A stretch of DNA of 61,781 nucleotides, filler included, from Chloroflexota bacterium (GTDB lineage: Bacteria > Chloroflexota > Chloroflexia > QHBQ01), in assembly GCA_043754535.1 (NCBI GenBank). It is 6 parts of 6 records of this genome, joined end to end, with 100 filler letters (N's around TTAATTAATTAA, not from the genome) between each part and the next. Parts side by side here need not be neighbours in the genome. Positions count along the whole stretch, not along the records: positions 22,719 to 42,564 come from JAYUUN010000003.1; 5 more parts are not named here. The stretch is one strand, 5' to 3'. How positions within the stretch are numbered: position 1 is the first letter of the stretch; the number at the start of each line of letters is the position of its first letter. Positions 30,723 through 40,698 of this stretch are shown in pieces. The translations under genes were made by a program, and so were the position numbers. A model generated the notes under the pieces. It was given only the letters and a program-made list of their open reading frames with translations. It was not told the origin of the DNA and did no database searches.

Positions 30723-31352
30723 GTGGATCAGCAGGAAAGCGAGGACACGACTTTGCACTTGGAAAGCGGCAGTTTGGGACCACCAATACTTAGCGGCTCT
30801 CTACACGGCTTTTCAGCCGCTACTCTCCTCTCGTTGTTGAATATGCAGCGGCAGACCGGCTTGTTGTCGCTCAACAATCATGGCTACTCAGCCCTGATCA
30901 TGGTAGAGGACGGCGAAGTGGTGGATGCCGAACTGGGCCGCCTGCGCGGATTGCCAGCCCTCTTTGAAGGGGCTTCGTGGCGCGAGGGCGAGTTCACCTT
31001 CTTCAACTGTCCCACCACCGAACGTACGATTGAACTACCGCTGACCGTGATCCAGGTGCGTGTGCGCTTGTGGCTCGACCGTTGGCGTGAGGTACTGAAC
31101 ACCATCCCCAGCCTCGGTTGCCTGATCTCGGTGCGCGACCACCCCAGCGGGGACGTGATCATCAAGCCCTACCAGTGGACGATCCTGACCAGGGTTGTCG
31201 GCGGGCCGCAGAGCGTGGCCGACCTCGCCGCTGCGCTCAACGAAGACCCGCTGACCGTCGCGCGCGTCTGCTACGAACTGCTCGGCCTCGGCCTCTGCCA
31301 GGTGCAGCCCGCGATGGATGAAAGCTGGCAGGCCAGCCGCGTGCTGGTCTGA
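30723..31352 (+). CDS. DUF4388 (PATAN-like) domain protein
   Basis: LSGSLHGFS...QTGLL...DGEVVDAE...WREGEFTF; AGGAGG RBS before GTG. Confidence 0.8.
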   Translation: MDQQESEDTTLHLESGSLGPPILSGSLHGFSAATLLSLLNMQRQTGLLSLNNHGYSALIMVEDGEVVDAELGRLRGLPALFEGASWREGEFTFFNCPTTERTIELPLTVIQVRVRLWLDRWREVLNTIPSLGCLISVRDHPSGDVIIKPYQWTILTRVVGGPQSVADLAAALNEDPLTVARVCYELLGLGLCQVQPAMDESWQASRVLV

Positions 31353-31379
31353 AGCTACGCCTGTAACGACTGGCGGCTC

Positions 31380-33374
31380 TAAGCGGGCCGCCGCGATCAG
31401 CTTGCCCCCAATGATCGCTGCCAGGCCCTGCGCCCGCTTCATCCCCTCGTCATCCGTTACGTAGTTGCGTCCATAGCTGAACTCGACGGTGACGACGGCA
31501 TTGGCGTAGCGGTAGACGATCTGGGTAGTACCTAGCGGGTAGCTACCACCTTCGCGCGCACTTTGGCGCACTGCTGCCACCTCACCTACGCCCACGAACT
31601 CCAGCCAACCTGCACTAGCCAGGGCCGCCTGCTGCTCGGTCATCGCCACCGCTGCCCGCGCTGCATCCTGGTAGATCGCCACCGTCTCAGTGAAGTGCCG
31701 GAAGCCGTCTGGCTTCTGGTAGTGTGCAGTGTAGAAGTAGCTACCGCGCTGCTCGCTGACCAAGCCGTAGCCAGGGAGCAGGTCGTCGCGGTTGGCGGCA
31801 TAGCGGCTGGCAGGGACGGCCACACGCAGTTCATCAGGCAATATTGGGGTTGGCACTGCCATAGTTGGCCCAGCAGTTGGGGCGGCAGTAGCAGACTGGG
31901 TGGCGGGTGGTGGGGTCGGCGTGGGCGACCCATCGCAGGCAGCCAGCATGGCAAGCAACAGCAAGCTAGCTGCCAACTTTGACCTACGGCCACGCCAGCC
32001 GACCCAGCCGAGGGCGGCCAGGGCCGGGGGGAAGACCACCCAGGCCAGCCAGTTCTCGAAGTACGTCACCGCCACCTTCTCCTTTGCGAACGAGTAGAAG
32101 CTAAAGGCAAGCAGGCCACCAGCCAGGAAACCGAGCAGCACCGCCAGCCAGCCGCCTTGTGGCCGCAGCGCGACGAAGGGCAGCAGCCAGGCCACATACC
32201 AGGGCTGCCACCAGACCAACGCGAAGGCCAGCAAACAGGCGAAGAAGCTGGCTGCCCCACCAATCAGGGCATCGTCGAGGTCGGTAGCCTGCCACAAGCG
32301 GCTTGCCTGCCAGAGTGCAAAGCCAACCGCCAGCAGCAGCCCGCTGGCAATGAAGAAGCCACGAGCCTGGGCCAGCCCGAAGCCGAGGCTGACCGCAGAC
32401 TGCACCCCCAACGCAGCAAACGAGTTAGTCAACAGTTGGCCGCGCTGCAAGGGAGCGAAGCTGGCGAACCCCCGCCAGTAGGGAGCGTAGCAAAGTAGCG
32501 CAATCGCCAGGCTAAACCCTGTACCAGCCAAGAGACCGCTAAACATCTTTGGGCCAAACTTGCGCCAGCTGTAGACCAGCGCAGCTGGCAGCAGCAGCAG
32601 CGGCACGAACTTGACTAGTACCGCCAGGGTGAGTAGCGGCATCGCCAGCCCTAGCCTGCCGCGTAGCAGCGCAAGATAGGCGGCCAGCATGAACACCACC
32701 ATGGTCAGGTCATTGTGGCCGTTGCCGATGCTCTCAAAGAGGACGAGTGGGCAGGCGGCAAACAGGTAGCCTGCCCGCAGCGGGGCAACCCCCAATTGCC
32801 GCGCCAATGCCGCCACCAGCCCCCAGCAGCCCGCCCACGAAATAGCAGCCAGTAGCTTGAGGCCGAGCAGGTTGGCAAATAGGCTGTCACCCCCCAGTCG
32901 GCTAGCCACTGCTGCCAGCAACTCCCAGACTGGGCCGTAGGGCGAGGGGTCGCGCTGCCAGGCGACATAGGCATAGAAGGGGTCGCTGGCGAACTGCTGT
33001 GGCAGGTCGGTGAAAGGGTTGCCACCATAGTGCGTGCTGATACGGGCGCGAAAGAGCGCGTCGTAGATGTCGCTAGAGGTGAGCGGGTAGAAGAACAGCA
33101 TCATCGCCGCCGACAGTAGCGGCCCAGCCATGAGTAGCCAGCGCAGACAACCGCTCGGCTGCTGTGGTAGGGTGTAGGCGGTAACAGCATAGGCCAGCAA
33201 ACTGGCGACGTAGAGGCCAAGATAGCGCAGGTGGATCAGCGCGCTATCTAGCCCGCCTACCCGATCATAGAGGCTGACTAGCGGGAAGTTGAGGACTACC
33301 AGCAGGCAGCAGAGCGGGCCGAGGGCGACTGCAAGCAGAGTTGCGCCGTAGCGGAGGGTAGCATTACGTTCCAT
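31380..33374 (-). CDS. GT-C/GT87-like (MptA/B-type) membrane glycosyltransferase with C-terminal lipoprotein-like extension; ends at TTA 31380-31382 (standard-code end 31035)
   Basis: SSDIYD, NPF, SPYGPVW, GNGHND, LVKF motifs. Confidence 0.78.
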
Positions 33375-33401
33375 GATGCTGTTATACCACAGAGCAGCAA
33401 A

Positions 33402-34310
33402 TCAGGCTGCACCGCTCCAGGCCAGCCAGGAGGCGACTTCACCCTTGCGCTGCTTCCCCTCCGCCTCTCCACCCGGCACCTGCGTTTCGTGCAAAAGGTT
33501 CGCTGCTAGCAGGTTGTCGACTGCCCGCTCGAACGGCGCGCTATCCCAGCCGAACAGCTTTGGCAGGTAGCCACGTGGCACAGCGACAGCGTGCGGCAGG
33601 TAGGTGCTGATGATCTGCTGCATTGCACTGCTGGCGGTGTACTGCCGCGCAGCCTGTACCTGCTCTGGCAGGTGGCGCGGCACCGCATCATAGACGAAGC
33701 AATACTTCCAGCGATTGTCGGCGGCGGTGCCAACTTGCATGATTTTGAACTGGCTAGTGAGGCTGGCAATGGCCCGGTCAAAGCGGGCGGCTGCGTCCCC
33801 CTTCTGCATCGCCACTGCTTTGCGCAGCACGGTAGTGCTGGCTGGCCCCTGCGCCAAGACTGCCTCGTAGACCCGCCGCGCATCGTCGCTAAGCAGGCCG
33901 TCCTTATACTGCTCAAGATAGTCATCCAGTTCGCCATAGTTGGGTGAGAGGGCATAGAAGGCGGGCAGCAGGCTGAGGCTGATGAAGGCGGGCTTGCTCT
34001 TGACCAGCTTGCCATACCAGACCTTGCGCTCGGCAGGTAGGGTGTCCTTCAGGTTCCAGACCTTGCCCGCCGCCCAATCATGCCGCGCATCGTGCATCTG
34101 CCTGCGCTGGCCCAACAAGGCCCACCAGAGGCTGGGCAACACCAGGTCAGGGGCAGAGAAGGGGACAGCTACCCCTACCTTCTCAATGAACCAGAGCGGC
34201 CCACCCTCGCCATAGAGCTTGAGGTCGGGGCGCATATTCCACCGCCGCTCCCGCTCGGCAACGAGCGCAGCGTAGGTTAGCAGCCCAGTTGGTTTCTCTT
34301 GCGTCAACAT
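33402..34310 (-). CDS. AlkZ-related winged-helix protein (HTH_42-like)
   Basis: LPSLW...WNLKDTLP...WYGKLVKSKPAFIS pattern; GAGG RBS. Confidence 0.65.
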   Translation of the reverse strand: MLTQEKPTGLLTYAALVAERERRWNMRPDLKLYGEGGPLWFIEKVGVAVPFSAPDLVLPSLWWALLGQRRQMHDARHDWAAGKVWNLKDTLPAERKVWYGKLVKSKPAFISLSLLPAFYALSPNYGELDDYLEQYKDGLLSDDARRVYEAVLAQGPASTTVLRKAVAMQKGDAAARFDRAIASLTSQFKIMQVGTAADNRWKYCFVYDAVPRHLPEQVQAARQYTASSAMQQIISTYLPHAVAVPRGYLPKLFGWDSAPFERAVDNLLAANLLHETQVPGGEAEGKQRKGEVASWLAWSGAA

Positions 34311-34656
34311 CAGCGACCTCTGCTCCTCATCCAGCCAGCGGCATTTGCGTTCAGCCAGCCCTGAGCGATGCGCATTGCGGCCAGCGATAGAAACTATGTA
34401 CTAAGATTATACCAAACTGCTTGTTATTAGCCAAGAATGAGCTGTCGCGTTTGCCCTAAGCGGCTGCCGCCACGCAGCCGCTTCGTACCCTGGCATCCAC
34501 AGCAGGTCGCTGGTGGCCGCTGGCGGCTCCTGCCACTTCTGCTGCTCCTGCTACACTCTGCCCAGGCTAGCAAGTTTGATTTTTCACAATCTGTTATGGT
34601 ATAATCAGCCACGACTTGAATAAGATCAGCAGCAGGGATAGGGGAGGGACGTTGCG

Positions 34657-34986
34657 ATGGGGATTATGGAAAACGCGATTGATCAGGCATTCGCCCGCCT
34701 GAGCCAGCAGGAGAAGGCGGAGATGCTGACTACGGTGGCTACTCGCCTGTTGGAGAAGATGAGCGCAGAAGACCGCTACGCCCTCGCGGACAAGATCGTG
34801 GATACCCTGATTGGTGACCTCGCACCCGACGAGCGAAAGGCAGCGGTGAGCGAGTTCCTCCCTCGCATGATCGCCCGCGCTGTCGAGCAGAGCGGGCTGG
34901 GGATGGACGAACTGATGAGCCTTGCCTTCCAGGGGGTAGGGATGCTTGAGAGCCAGGCAGACAATACTCACTCAACTAGCAACTAG
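34657..34986 (+). CDS. Hypothetical helical protein
   Basis: GGAGG RBS, upstream TGGTATAAT, normal codon usage. Confidence 0.65.
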   Translation: MGIMENAIDQAFARLSQQEKAEMLTTVATRLLEKMSAEDRYALADKIVDTLIGDLAPDERKAAVSEFLPRMIARAVEQSGLGMDELMSLAFQGVGMLESQADNTHSTSN

Positions 34987-35145
34987 CATCATCTTGCTTG
35001 GTGGGAGTACGCTCTCCACTATTAGATAGGCACGGTCGCTCCGCATCATCGCGGGCTGGTAGTGGGGACTCCGATGTGCTTGCTTCTTTCGTCTTAGCTC
35101 CAGTAAACGTCTGGCTGCTGTTGATCGAGATCGACAGGTAACATT

Positions 35146-35856
35146 ATGGCACAGAAAGAGAAAGTAAGGATCACCTGCCCTCGCTGCGGCCAGCCCTTCA
35201 GCAGCGATGTGGTACGCGTGGTCGAGGCGGGCGACGATGGGCTGGCGATCCAGCTTGCTGTTGGCACCCTCAACCACTCACTCTGCCCCAACTGCGGCTT
35301 CGAGGGGCTGGTTAGCTGGCCGCTGTTCTACCATGACCGCCCGCGCAAGGTGATGCTGGCGGCAATCCCTGGTCTTGAGGGCATGAACGAGGAGCAGGTT
35401 TGGGCAGCAGTCGGCGCACAGTTGCAGTGGGTGGTCAGCGGCCTGCCTCTTGCCGCGCAGGACGACGCTTACCTCTACCAGCCACGGACGTTCCCCAGCC
35501 TGGAGATACTGGCGATGGTAGTTAGCGGGCTGCGCCGTGACGCAGAGTTGGACACGGCGATCAAGGCGGCCTACCGCAGCCAGCTTTTGCAGGCAATCTT
35601 GCTGACCAGCGGCGATCTACGCCAGCGGCGACTGCTCTTTGCCGAGAACTCTGACCTCGCAGATGAGGAGATGCTGGGCGTGTTGAATACCATGATTGAG
35701 GACTCGTTGCAGAACGTCAGCCTCGCTTCCGCCGCCCGCCTGACCGACATCCGCGACGACCTCGCCCAATACATCCGTAGCACAACCGGCCTGCAACGGA
35801 TGCGCGAACATGTCACCCACCACCGCCCCGACCTGGACGCAGAGGCTCTCAAGTGA
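35146..35856 (+). CDS. CpXC-domain protein
   Basis: ITCPRCG...CPNCG...LFYHD. Confidence 0.8.
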   Translation: MAQKEKVRITCPRCGQPFSSDVVRVVEAGDDGLAIQLAVGTLNHSLCPNCGFEGLVSWPLFYHDRPRKVMLAAIPGLEGMNEEQVWAAVGAQLQWVVSGLPLAAQDDAYLYQPRTFPSLEILAMVVSGLRRDAELDTAIKAAYRSQLLQAILLTSGDLRQRRLLFAENSDLADEEMLGVLNTMIEDSLQNVSLASAARLTDIRDDLAQYIRSTTGLQRMREHVTHHRPDLDAEALK

Positions 35857-36803
35857 ACGAACCCCCTCCTGGCCTGCCACTCCAGAGGGGCTGGGAGGGG
35901 CAGCGCGCAATGCTGGTTACCCTGACGGGACCGACGGGGGTGGGCAAGAGCGGACTGGCTCTGCGGTTGGCGGCTGCGCTGGGCGGTGAGATCGTCAATG
36001 CCGACTCGCGCACCGTCTACCGGGGTCTGGATGTGGGAACAGCCAAGCCCTCCCCCGCTGAACTAGCCGCCGTGCCACACCACCTGATCGACGTGGTGAA
36101 CCCTGACGAGAGCTACAGTCTCTCCCTCTACCAGCAAAAGGCGTATTCTATTATTGACGACTGCCTGCGGCGGGGGCGGCTGCCGCTGCTGGTTGGCGGC
36201 ACCTTGCAGTATGTAAGCGCGGTAGTGGAGGGCTGGACGATACCGACCACGCCACCTGATGCGGCCCTGCGCGCAAGGTTGGCAGCGAGCGACCCCGCCG
36301 CCCTCTATGCCGAGTTGCAGCAGGTTGACCCCAGCTCTGCTGCCAAGATTGACGAGCGCAACCAGCGGCGGGTGATCCGCGCCCTCGAAGTTTGGCACAG
36401 TAGCGGCCAGCAGTTCAGCAGCCAGCAGCGTAAGGTTGCGCCCGCCTATCGCCAACTACGCCTCGCCCTCACCTGCGAGCGCAGGGAACTTTACCGCCGC
36501 ATTGATGCGCGGGTAGATGCAATGATCGATGGGGGCTTGGTGGCAGAGGTGCAAGGGCTGGCGGCCCGCTACGGCCTCCACCTGCCTGCCCTCTCTGCTA
36601 TTGGCTACCGCCAGGTTGGAGCCTACCTGCGTGGTGAAAGCACGCTGACGCAGGCAAGCCAGCAGATCAAGTTTGATACGCACGCCTTTGTCCGCCACCA
36701 GTATGCCTGGTTTCGGCGCGACCAGGAGCTACGCTGGATCGACAACACCACTGCCGACCCTTACGACGCGGCTTTGGCGATCATTCGCGAGTTCATCACC
36801 TAA
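35853..36803 (+). CDS. miaA: tRNA dimethylallyltransferase
   Basis: GPTGVGKS, NADSRTVYRGLDVGTAKP, PHHLID, VGGT, AIGYRQ, RHQYAWF. Confidence 0.96.
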   Translation: MNEPPPGLPLQRGWEGQRAMLVTLTGPTGVGKSGLALRLAAALGGEIVNADSRTVYRGLDVGTAKPSPAELAAVPHHLIDVVNPDESYSLSLYQQKAYSIIDDCLRRGRLPLLVGGTLQYVSAVVEGWTIPTTPPDAALRARLAASDPAALYAELQQVDPSSAAKIDERNQRRVIRALEVWHSSGQQFSSQQRKVAPAYRQLRLALTCERRELYRRIDARVDAMIDGGLVAEVQGLAARYGLHLPALSAIGYRQVGAYLRGESTLTQASQQIKFDTHAFVRHQYAWFRRDQELRWIDNTTADPYDAALAIIREFIT

Positions 36804-37928
36804 ACCCGCCTCAGCCAGCAGGTCAGTGTAGAGCGACTCGTGGGCATCTAGCATTGCGCTGAGGCTGAAGCGGCGGACGGCGGCGGCATGGCAGGCAGCA
36901 CGTTCTAGCTGGCCCACCCTGCCGACAGCGGCGATCAGCCCAGCCTCGTCGTCGGCGGGCAGCAGGTAGCCACTCTCACCATCCACCACGATCTCCGGCA
37001 AGGCTCCGCGTGCGTAAGCCAGCACTGGCGTGCCTGCCGCCATCGCCTCAGCGGCGACCAGGCCGAACGGCTCGTCCCAGGCGACAGGAAAGAGCAGGGC
37101 GGCAGCCCGGCCCATCTCGTCGTACACCTGCTCGCGGCTGACCGCCCCACGATGCTCGATCTGCGCGGCGAGGTGGGGGGCAACCTGGCTGCGGTAGTAC
37201 TGCTGGTCGTAGATCGCCCCCAGCATCAGCAGCCGCCTACCACTGGCCTGGGCGACGCGAATGGCGGTAGCCGCTCCCTTCTCTGGGGCTATGCGCCCAA
37301 CAAAGAGCAGGTGGTCATCCTCGGCCTGCGCCCGGTAGGGGATGCCCTCGGCCACCCCATTGTAGATCACCCGCTCGATGGCGACCCCCACTGCAGTGTA
37401 GGTGGCAGCGCAGCGTTGGGAGACGGTGACCAGGGCTGGGCGGCTGGCAGGGGCGAAGCGGGCGGTGGTCGCTTGCAGGCTGGCGAGGCTGCGATTGATC
37501 GCTGGGTCTACGGCTGGCAGATGCAGGGTGTGGATTGGGCGAGCGCGGCTGTGGGCGAAGGAGGCCAGCGTATAAGCGGGGTAGTCGAAGGCGTGGCAGT
37601 GAACCAGGTCGAAGGGCGGCTGGCTGTCGTGTATCTCCAGGAAGGCGCGGCGAAAAGCGTCGCTGCTAAGGTAGAAAGCCTCGGCCAGCGTCCCCTGTTG
37701 CTCCCCCTGTGCAGTGAAGGTAGCCGGTTGCAGGGCAAAGGGGTCAACCTCTACCTCCACCAACCGCACTCCCGGCACGTTGGAGCCGGGTGCAACAAAG
37801 AGGTGCAGGTCGTAGCCGCGCTCGGTCAAGCCTCGTGCCAGGTCGTAGACCACCACCTGCGCCCCGCCGCTGAAGGGTGGGCCGATTGGATAGACGAGGG
37901 GAGCAACCAGGGCTATCTTTGGCTTCAT
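36801..37928 (-). CDS. Glycosyltransferase family 4; ends at TTA 36801-36803 (standard-code end 36729)
   Basis: PPFSGGAQ, FVGRIAPEKG, WDEPFGLVAAEAMAAGTPV. Confidence 0.9.
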
Positions 37929-37976
37929 AAACCTATTATAGCCCATTGATGCGCTTGCTGGCTAGCTCCGCAAGAC

Positions 37977-40679
37977 TTAAGCGGGCAGGATCGCCACCAA
38001 CGTCATGTCGTCGGCCTGCACTGCCTCACCGCAGAAATGCTCGACGGCGGCCAGGACGTGGCGGATCAGCCCCTCGCTGCTGTCGTCCAGGTAGCTGGCA
38101 ATGGTCGCTTCCAGCCGCTCGAAGCTGAACATCTCCCCTTCCAGGTTGGTTGCCTCCACAATGCCGTCGGTGTAGAGCAGCAAGCGGTCGCCCAGTTGCA
38201 ACTCCAGGCTACTCTGCTCGTACTTCACCTCATAGGTCACACCCAGGGGTACGGTCAGGCCAGGGGTGGAAACGAAGCTGCACTGGCCCGCCCGACAGAG
38301 GATCGGGGAGAGACCGCCAGCGTTCGCCAGGGTCAATCTCCGACCCACCCGCTCGATCAGCAGGTAGGTGAGAGCTACATAGCGCGTGCCGCCCATATCC
38401 TCAACCAGCCAACGATTGGCCCGCGTCAGCGCAGCACCAGGGTCGCGCTGGTGGCCGATCTCGCTTCGCACTGTATTGCGGGCCAGGCCCATCGTCATTG
38501 CTGCTGGTACGCTCTTGCCGCACGCATCGGCGATCATCAGGGCTAGCTGGTCGGGGAAGTCTACCACGTCGTAGAAGTCGCCACTGGTCTCTCGCGCAGG
38601 CAGGCAGAAGGCCGCGATTTGCAGACCAGGTGGTTGGGGGATGCTGGTAGGAAAGAGGCCGCGCTGGATACTACGTGCCAGCTCCAACTCGGTTGCTACC
38701 CGCTCCTGCTCGGCAGCCTCGACCAACAGTTGGGCGTTCCGCAGCGACAGAACCGCCTGTGGTAGCAAGGCGGTGAGCAGGTCCACTTCCTCGCGGCCAA
38801 TGCCCATCCCCCCCCGCCGCTTGAGAGCCAGTAGCCCTACCAGCCGCTCCTGCACCGCCAGGGGGACAAACATCGTCGCCCGCGCCTCCTGCAAAGCCGC
38901 TACCAAGCCCCTACCACTGCTCGGCAGATGTGGGGGTACGCTGCCCACATTCAGCGGGGTGCGATATACCATCATCCATTGGCGCAAGTTGGCGGCCACG
39001 GGCAGGGTAGTGGGCCACTGTTGGGCTGTCTCCTCCTCCCCGCTATCCTCGTCGCGGAAGCCACCAATGCCACGCCGTCCTGCTCCCCGCGCCAGACGGG
39101 TCGCTGAGTTGGCCCGGTGTAGGACGCTAGTACCATCAGGGGCAGTGGTAGCCAGGTAGAGGACAGCATCTTGCAGATTCATGATGCGAGTCAGGCCGCT
39201 GACCAGGTTGTAGCTAAGAGCGTCCAGGTCGTAAATAGCACCCAGATTGGCCCCGAAATCGAGCATCGCCTGCTCAAAGACGAAGCGTTCGCGGAAAAAG
39301 TAGCGTTCGAGCAGCCCTTGCATCCTTTCGCGGATCGGGTTGAACAGGATCGCCGTCACCAGCGTACTAATCACCACCACAAACTGCGATGCGTTTTCGC
39401 CAACCAGTAGCACTTGCAGTAGGGCAATGCTGGCAAAGTAGAGGGCGACCACCAGCACGCTCGCGGTCAGGTAGGCAATCGAGCGGCGTAGCACGAAGTT
39501 GAGGGTGAATAGGCGGTAGCGGATGATTGCGTAGCCCAGGGTCAAGGGGATAGCAACCAGGAAGCTGTAGGTGATGGGGAAGCTAACCACCTCCTGTCCG
39601 CTGATTGCCTTTGGTAGCACGGTAAGGAAGATCGTCGGCCCCAGCCCAAACATTACTCCCAGCAGGATGATCAGGCTCTGCCGTCGTACCAGTGGTTCGG
39701 GGCTACGGGTGGCATCCCAAATTAGGCTTAGCATCAGGGCTAGCATACAGAGGCCAGTGAAGAAGAAGGTGAGGCTCTCTGCTGGGATCGTCGTGATGTA
39801 TTCTTCGCGCTCTACCGCATCGGTGATCTTGGCCTGCGTCTGGTAGGCGTAGAGGATACCCAGCCCAATGCTGATCGGGTGGAGAGCGTACTGCCAGAGG
39901 GGTTGGCGCACCACGAAGGGCTTTACCCCAGGAAACTGGGTAGCAAGCTGGAAGCTGGACGCGCCCAGGGTGGCTAGCAGTACCGCGCTAAACATCCCAA
40001 ACCAGGCGAAATCTAGCGGGTGGACGCGATAGGTGAACACCCCCTCAAAGCCGGTGACCACCACCCCGCTAGCAACTACCATCGTTAGCATAAACAACTG
40101 GCTGGGCCGGTCGTGGGGCTTGAGCATATAGACGAGGATGCCAACCAGGTACATCAGCCAGCCAATGATCAGGCTTATGCCGTAGAGAGCGAAGAAGTCG
40201 CTGAAGCTAAATATATAGACCTTCGCCGTCACCGTGATTTGCCGCTCTACACCCCGCACCGTGCGCCCCAGCACGTAAGTTACCTGGTTGGGCGTGCCGC
40301 TTTGGTCGCGGGTGATGATCGGATTGCGGCTAATTGCATCGTCGAAGAAGCGTGGTGCCTGCCCATTGACGCGGATCAACACGTCGCCAGCCCGCACACC
40401 ATAGCTGTCCAACCCCAACCCCACCTGCTTGCCTGCCTCGCTCAATTCAGGCTGGGGGTCGCTGACCTTGAAGTAGTAGTTGAAGTTAAAGCCACCCCAG
40501 GGTCGGCCTACTGAGTTGATGCACTCGGCAGTGACCAGCAGCAGGTTGACCAGGATGAAGATGGCAACCAGACCATGCAGGATCATGCCGAGCGTCAGCC
40601 AGCCGAAAATGCGCCTTCGCAGGCCGCGTGGCATTGGTGGCTGAATGGCAGGGTCGGTCATTGGCTGCGGGATATCCAT
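37977..40679 (-). CDS. Membrane-bound SpoIIE/PP2C-family phosphatase (PDZ-like, TM region, GAF)
   Basis: ETSGDFYD, IADACGKS, YTDGIVEA, QADDMT. Confidence 0.9.
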   Translation of the reverse strand: MDIPQPMTDPAIQPPMPRGLRRRIFGWLTLGMILHGLVAIFILVNLLLVTAECINSVGRPWGGFNFNYYFKVSDPQPELSEAGKQVGLGLDSYGVRAGDVLIRVNGQAPRFFDDAISRNPIITRDQSGTPNQVTYVLGRTVRGVERQITVTAKVYIFSFSDFFALYGISLIIGWLMYLVGILVYMLKPHDRPSQLFMLTMVVASGVVVTGFEGVFTYRVHPLDFAWFGMFSAVLLATLGASSFQLATQFPGVKPFVVRQPLWQYALHPISIGLGILYAYQTQAKITDAVEREEYITTIPAESLTFFFTGLCMLALMLSLIWDATRSPEPLVRRQSLIILLGVMFGLGPTIFLTVLPKAISGQEVVSFPITYSFLVAIPLTLGYAIIRYRLFTLNFVLRRSIAYLTASVLVVALYFASIALLQVLLVGENASQFVVVISTLVTAILFNPIRERMQGLLERYFFRERFVFEQAMLDFGANLGAIYDLDALSYNLVSGLTRIMNLQDAVLYLATTAPDGTSVLHRANSATRLARGAGRRGIGGFRDEDSGEEETAQQWPTTLPVAANLRQWMMVYRTPLNVGSVPPHLPSSGRGLVAALQEARATMFVPLAVQERLVGLLALKRRGGMGIGREEVDLLTALLPQAVLSLRNAQLLVEAAEQERVATELELARSIQRGLFPTSIPQPPGLQIAAFCLPARETSGDFYDVVDFPDQLALMIADACGKSVPAAMTMGLARNTVRSEIGHQRDPGAALTRANRWLVEDMGGTRYVALTYLLIERVGRRLTLANAGGLSPILCRAGQCSFVSTPGLTVPLGVTYEVKYEQSSLELQLGDRLLLYTDGIVEATNLEGEMFSFERLEATIASYLDDSSEGLIRHVLAAVEHFCGEAVQADDMTLVAILPA

Positions 40680-40698
40680 AGCCTTATTGTACCACAAC

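Noticed and set aside
31960..31990. TCA as an additional stop at the GT-C/lipoprotein junction
   Set aside because: TCA occurs inside conserved motifs elsewhere (e.g. RISRQMHDG of the kinase), so it is Ser
34458..34483. Hairpin AAGCGGCTGC/GCAGCCGCTT between divergent genes
   Set aside because: Single copy, no U-tract, no supportable function
35853..36803. miaA/queA as mechanistic drivers of the UUA change
   Set aside because: Both look like ordinary housekeeping enzymes; nothing in the sequence links them to recoding
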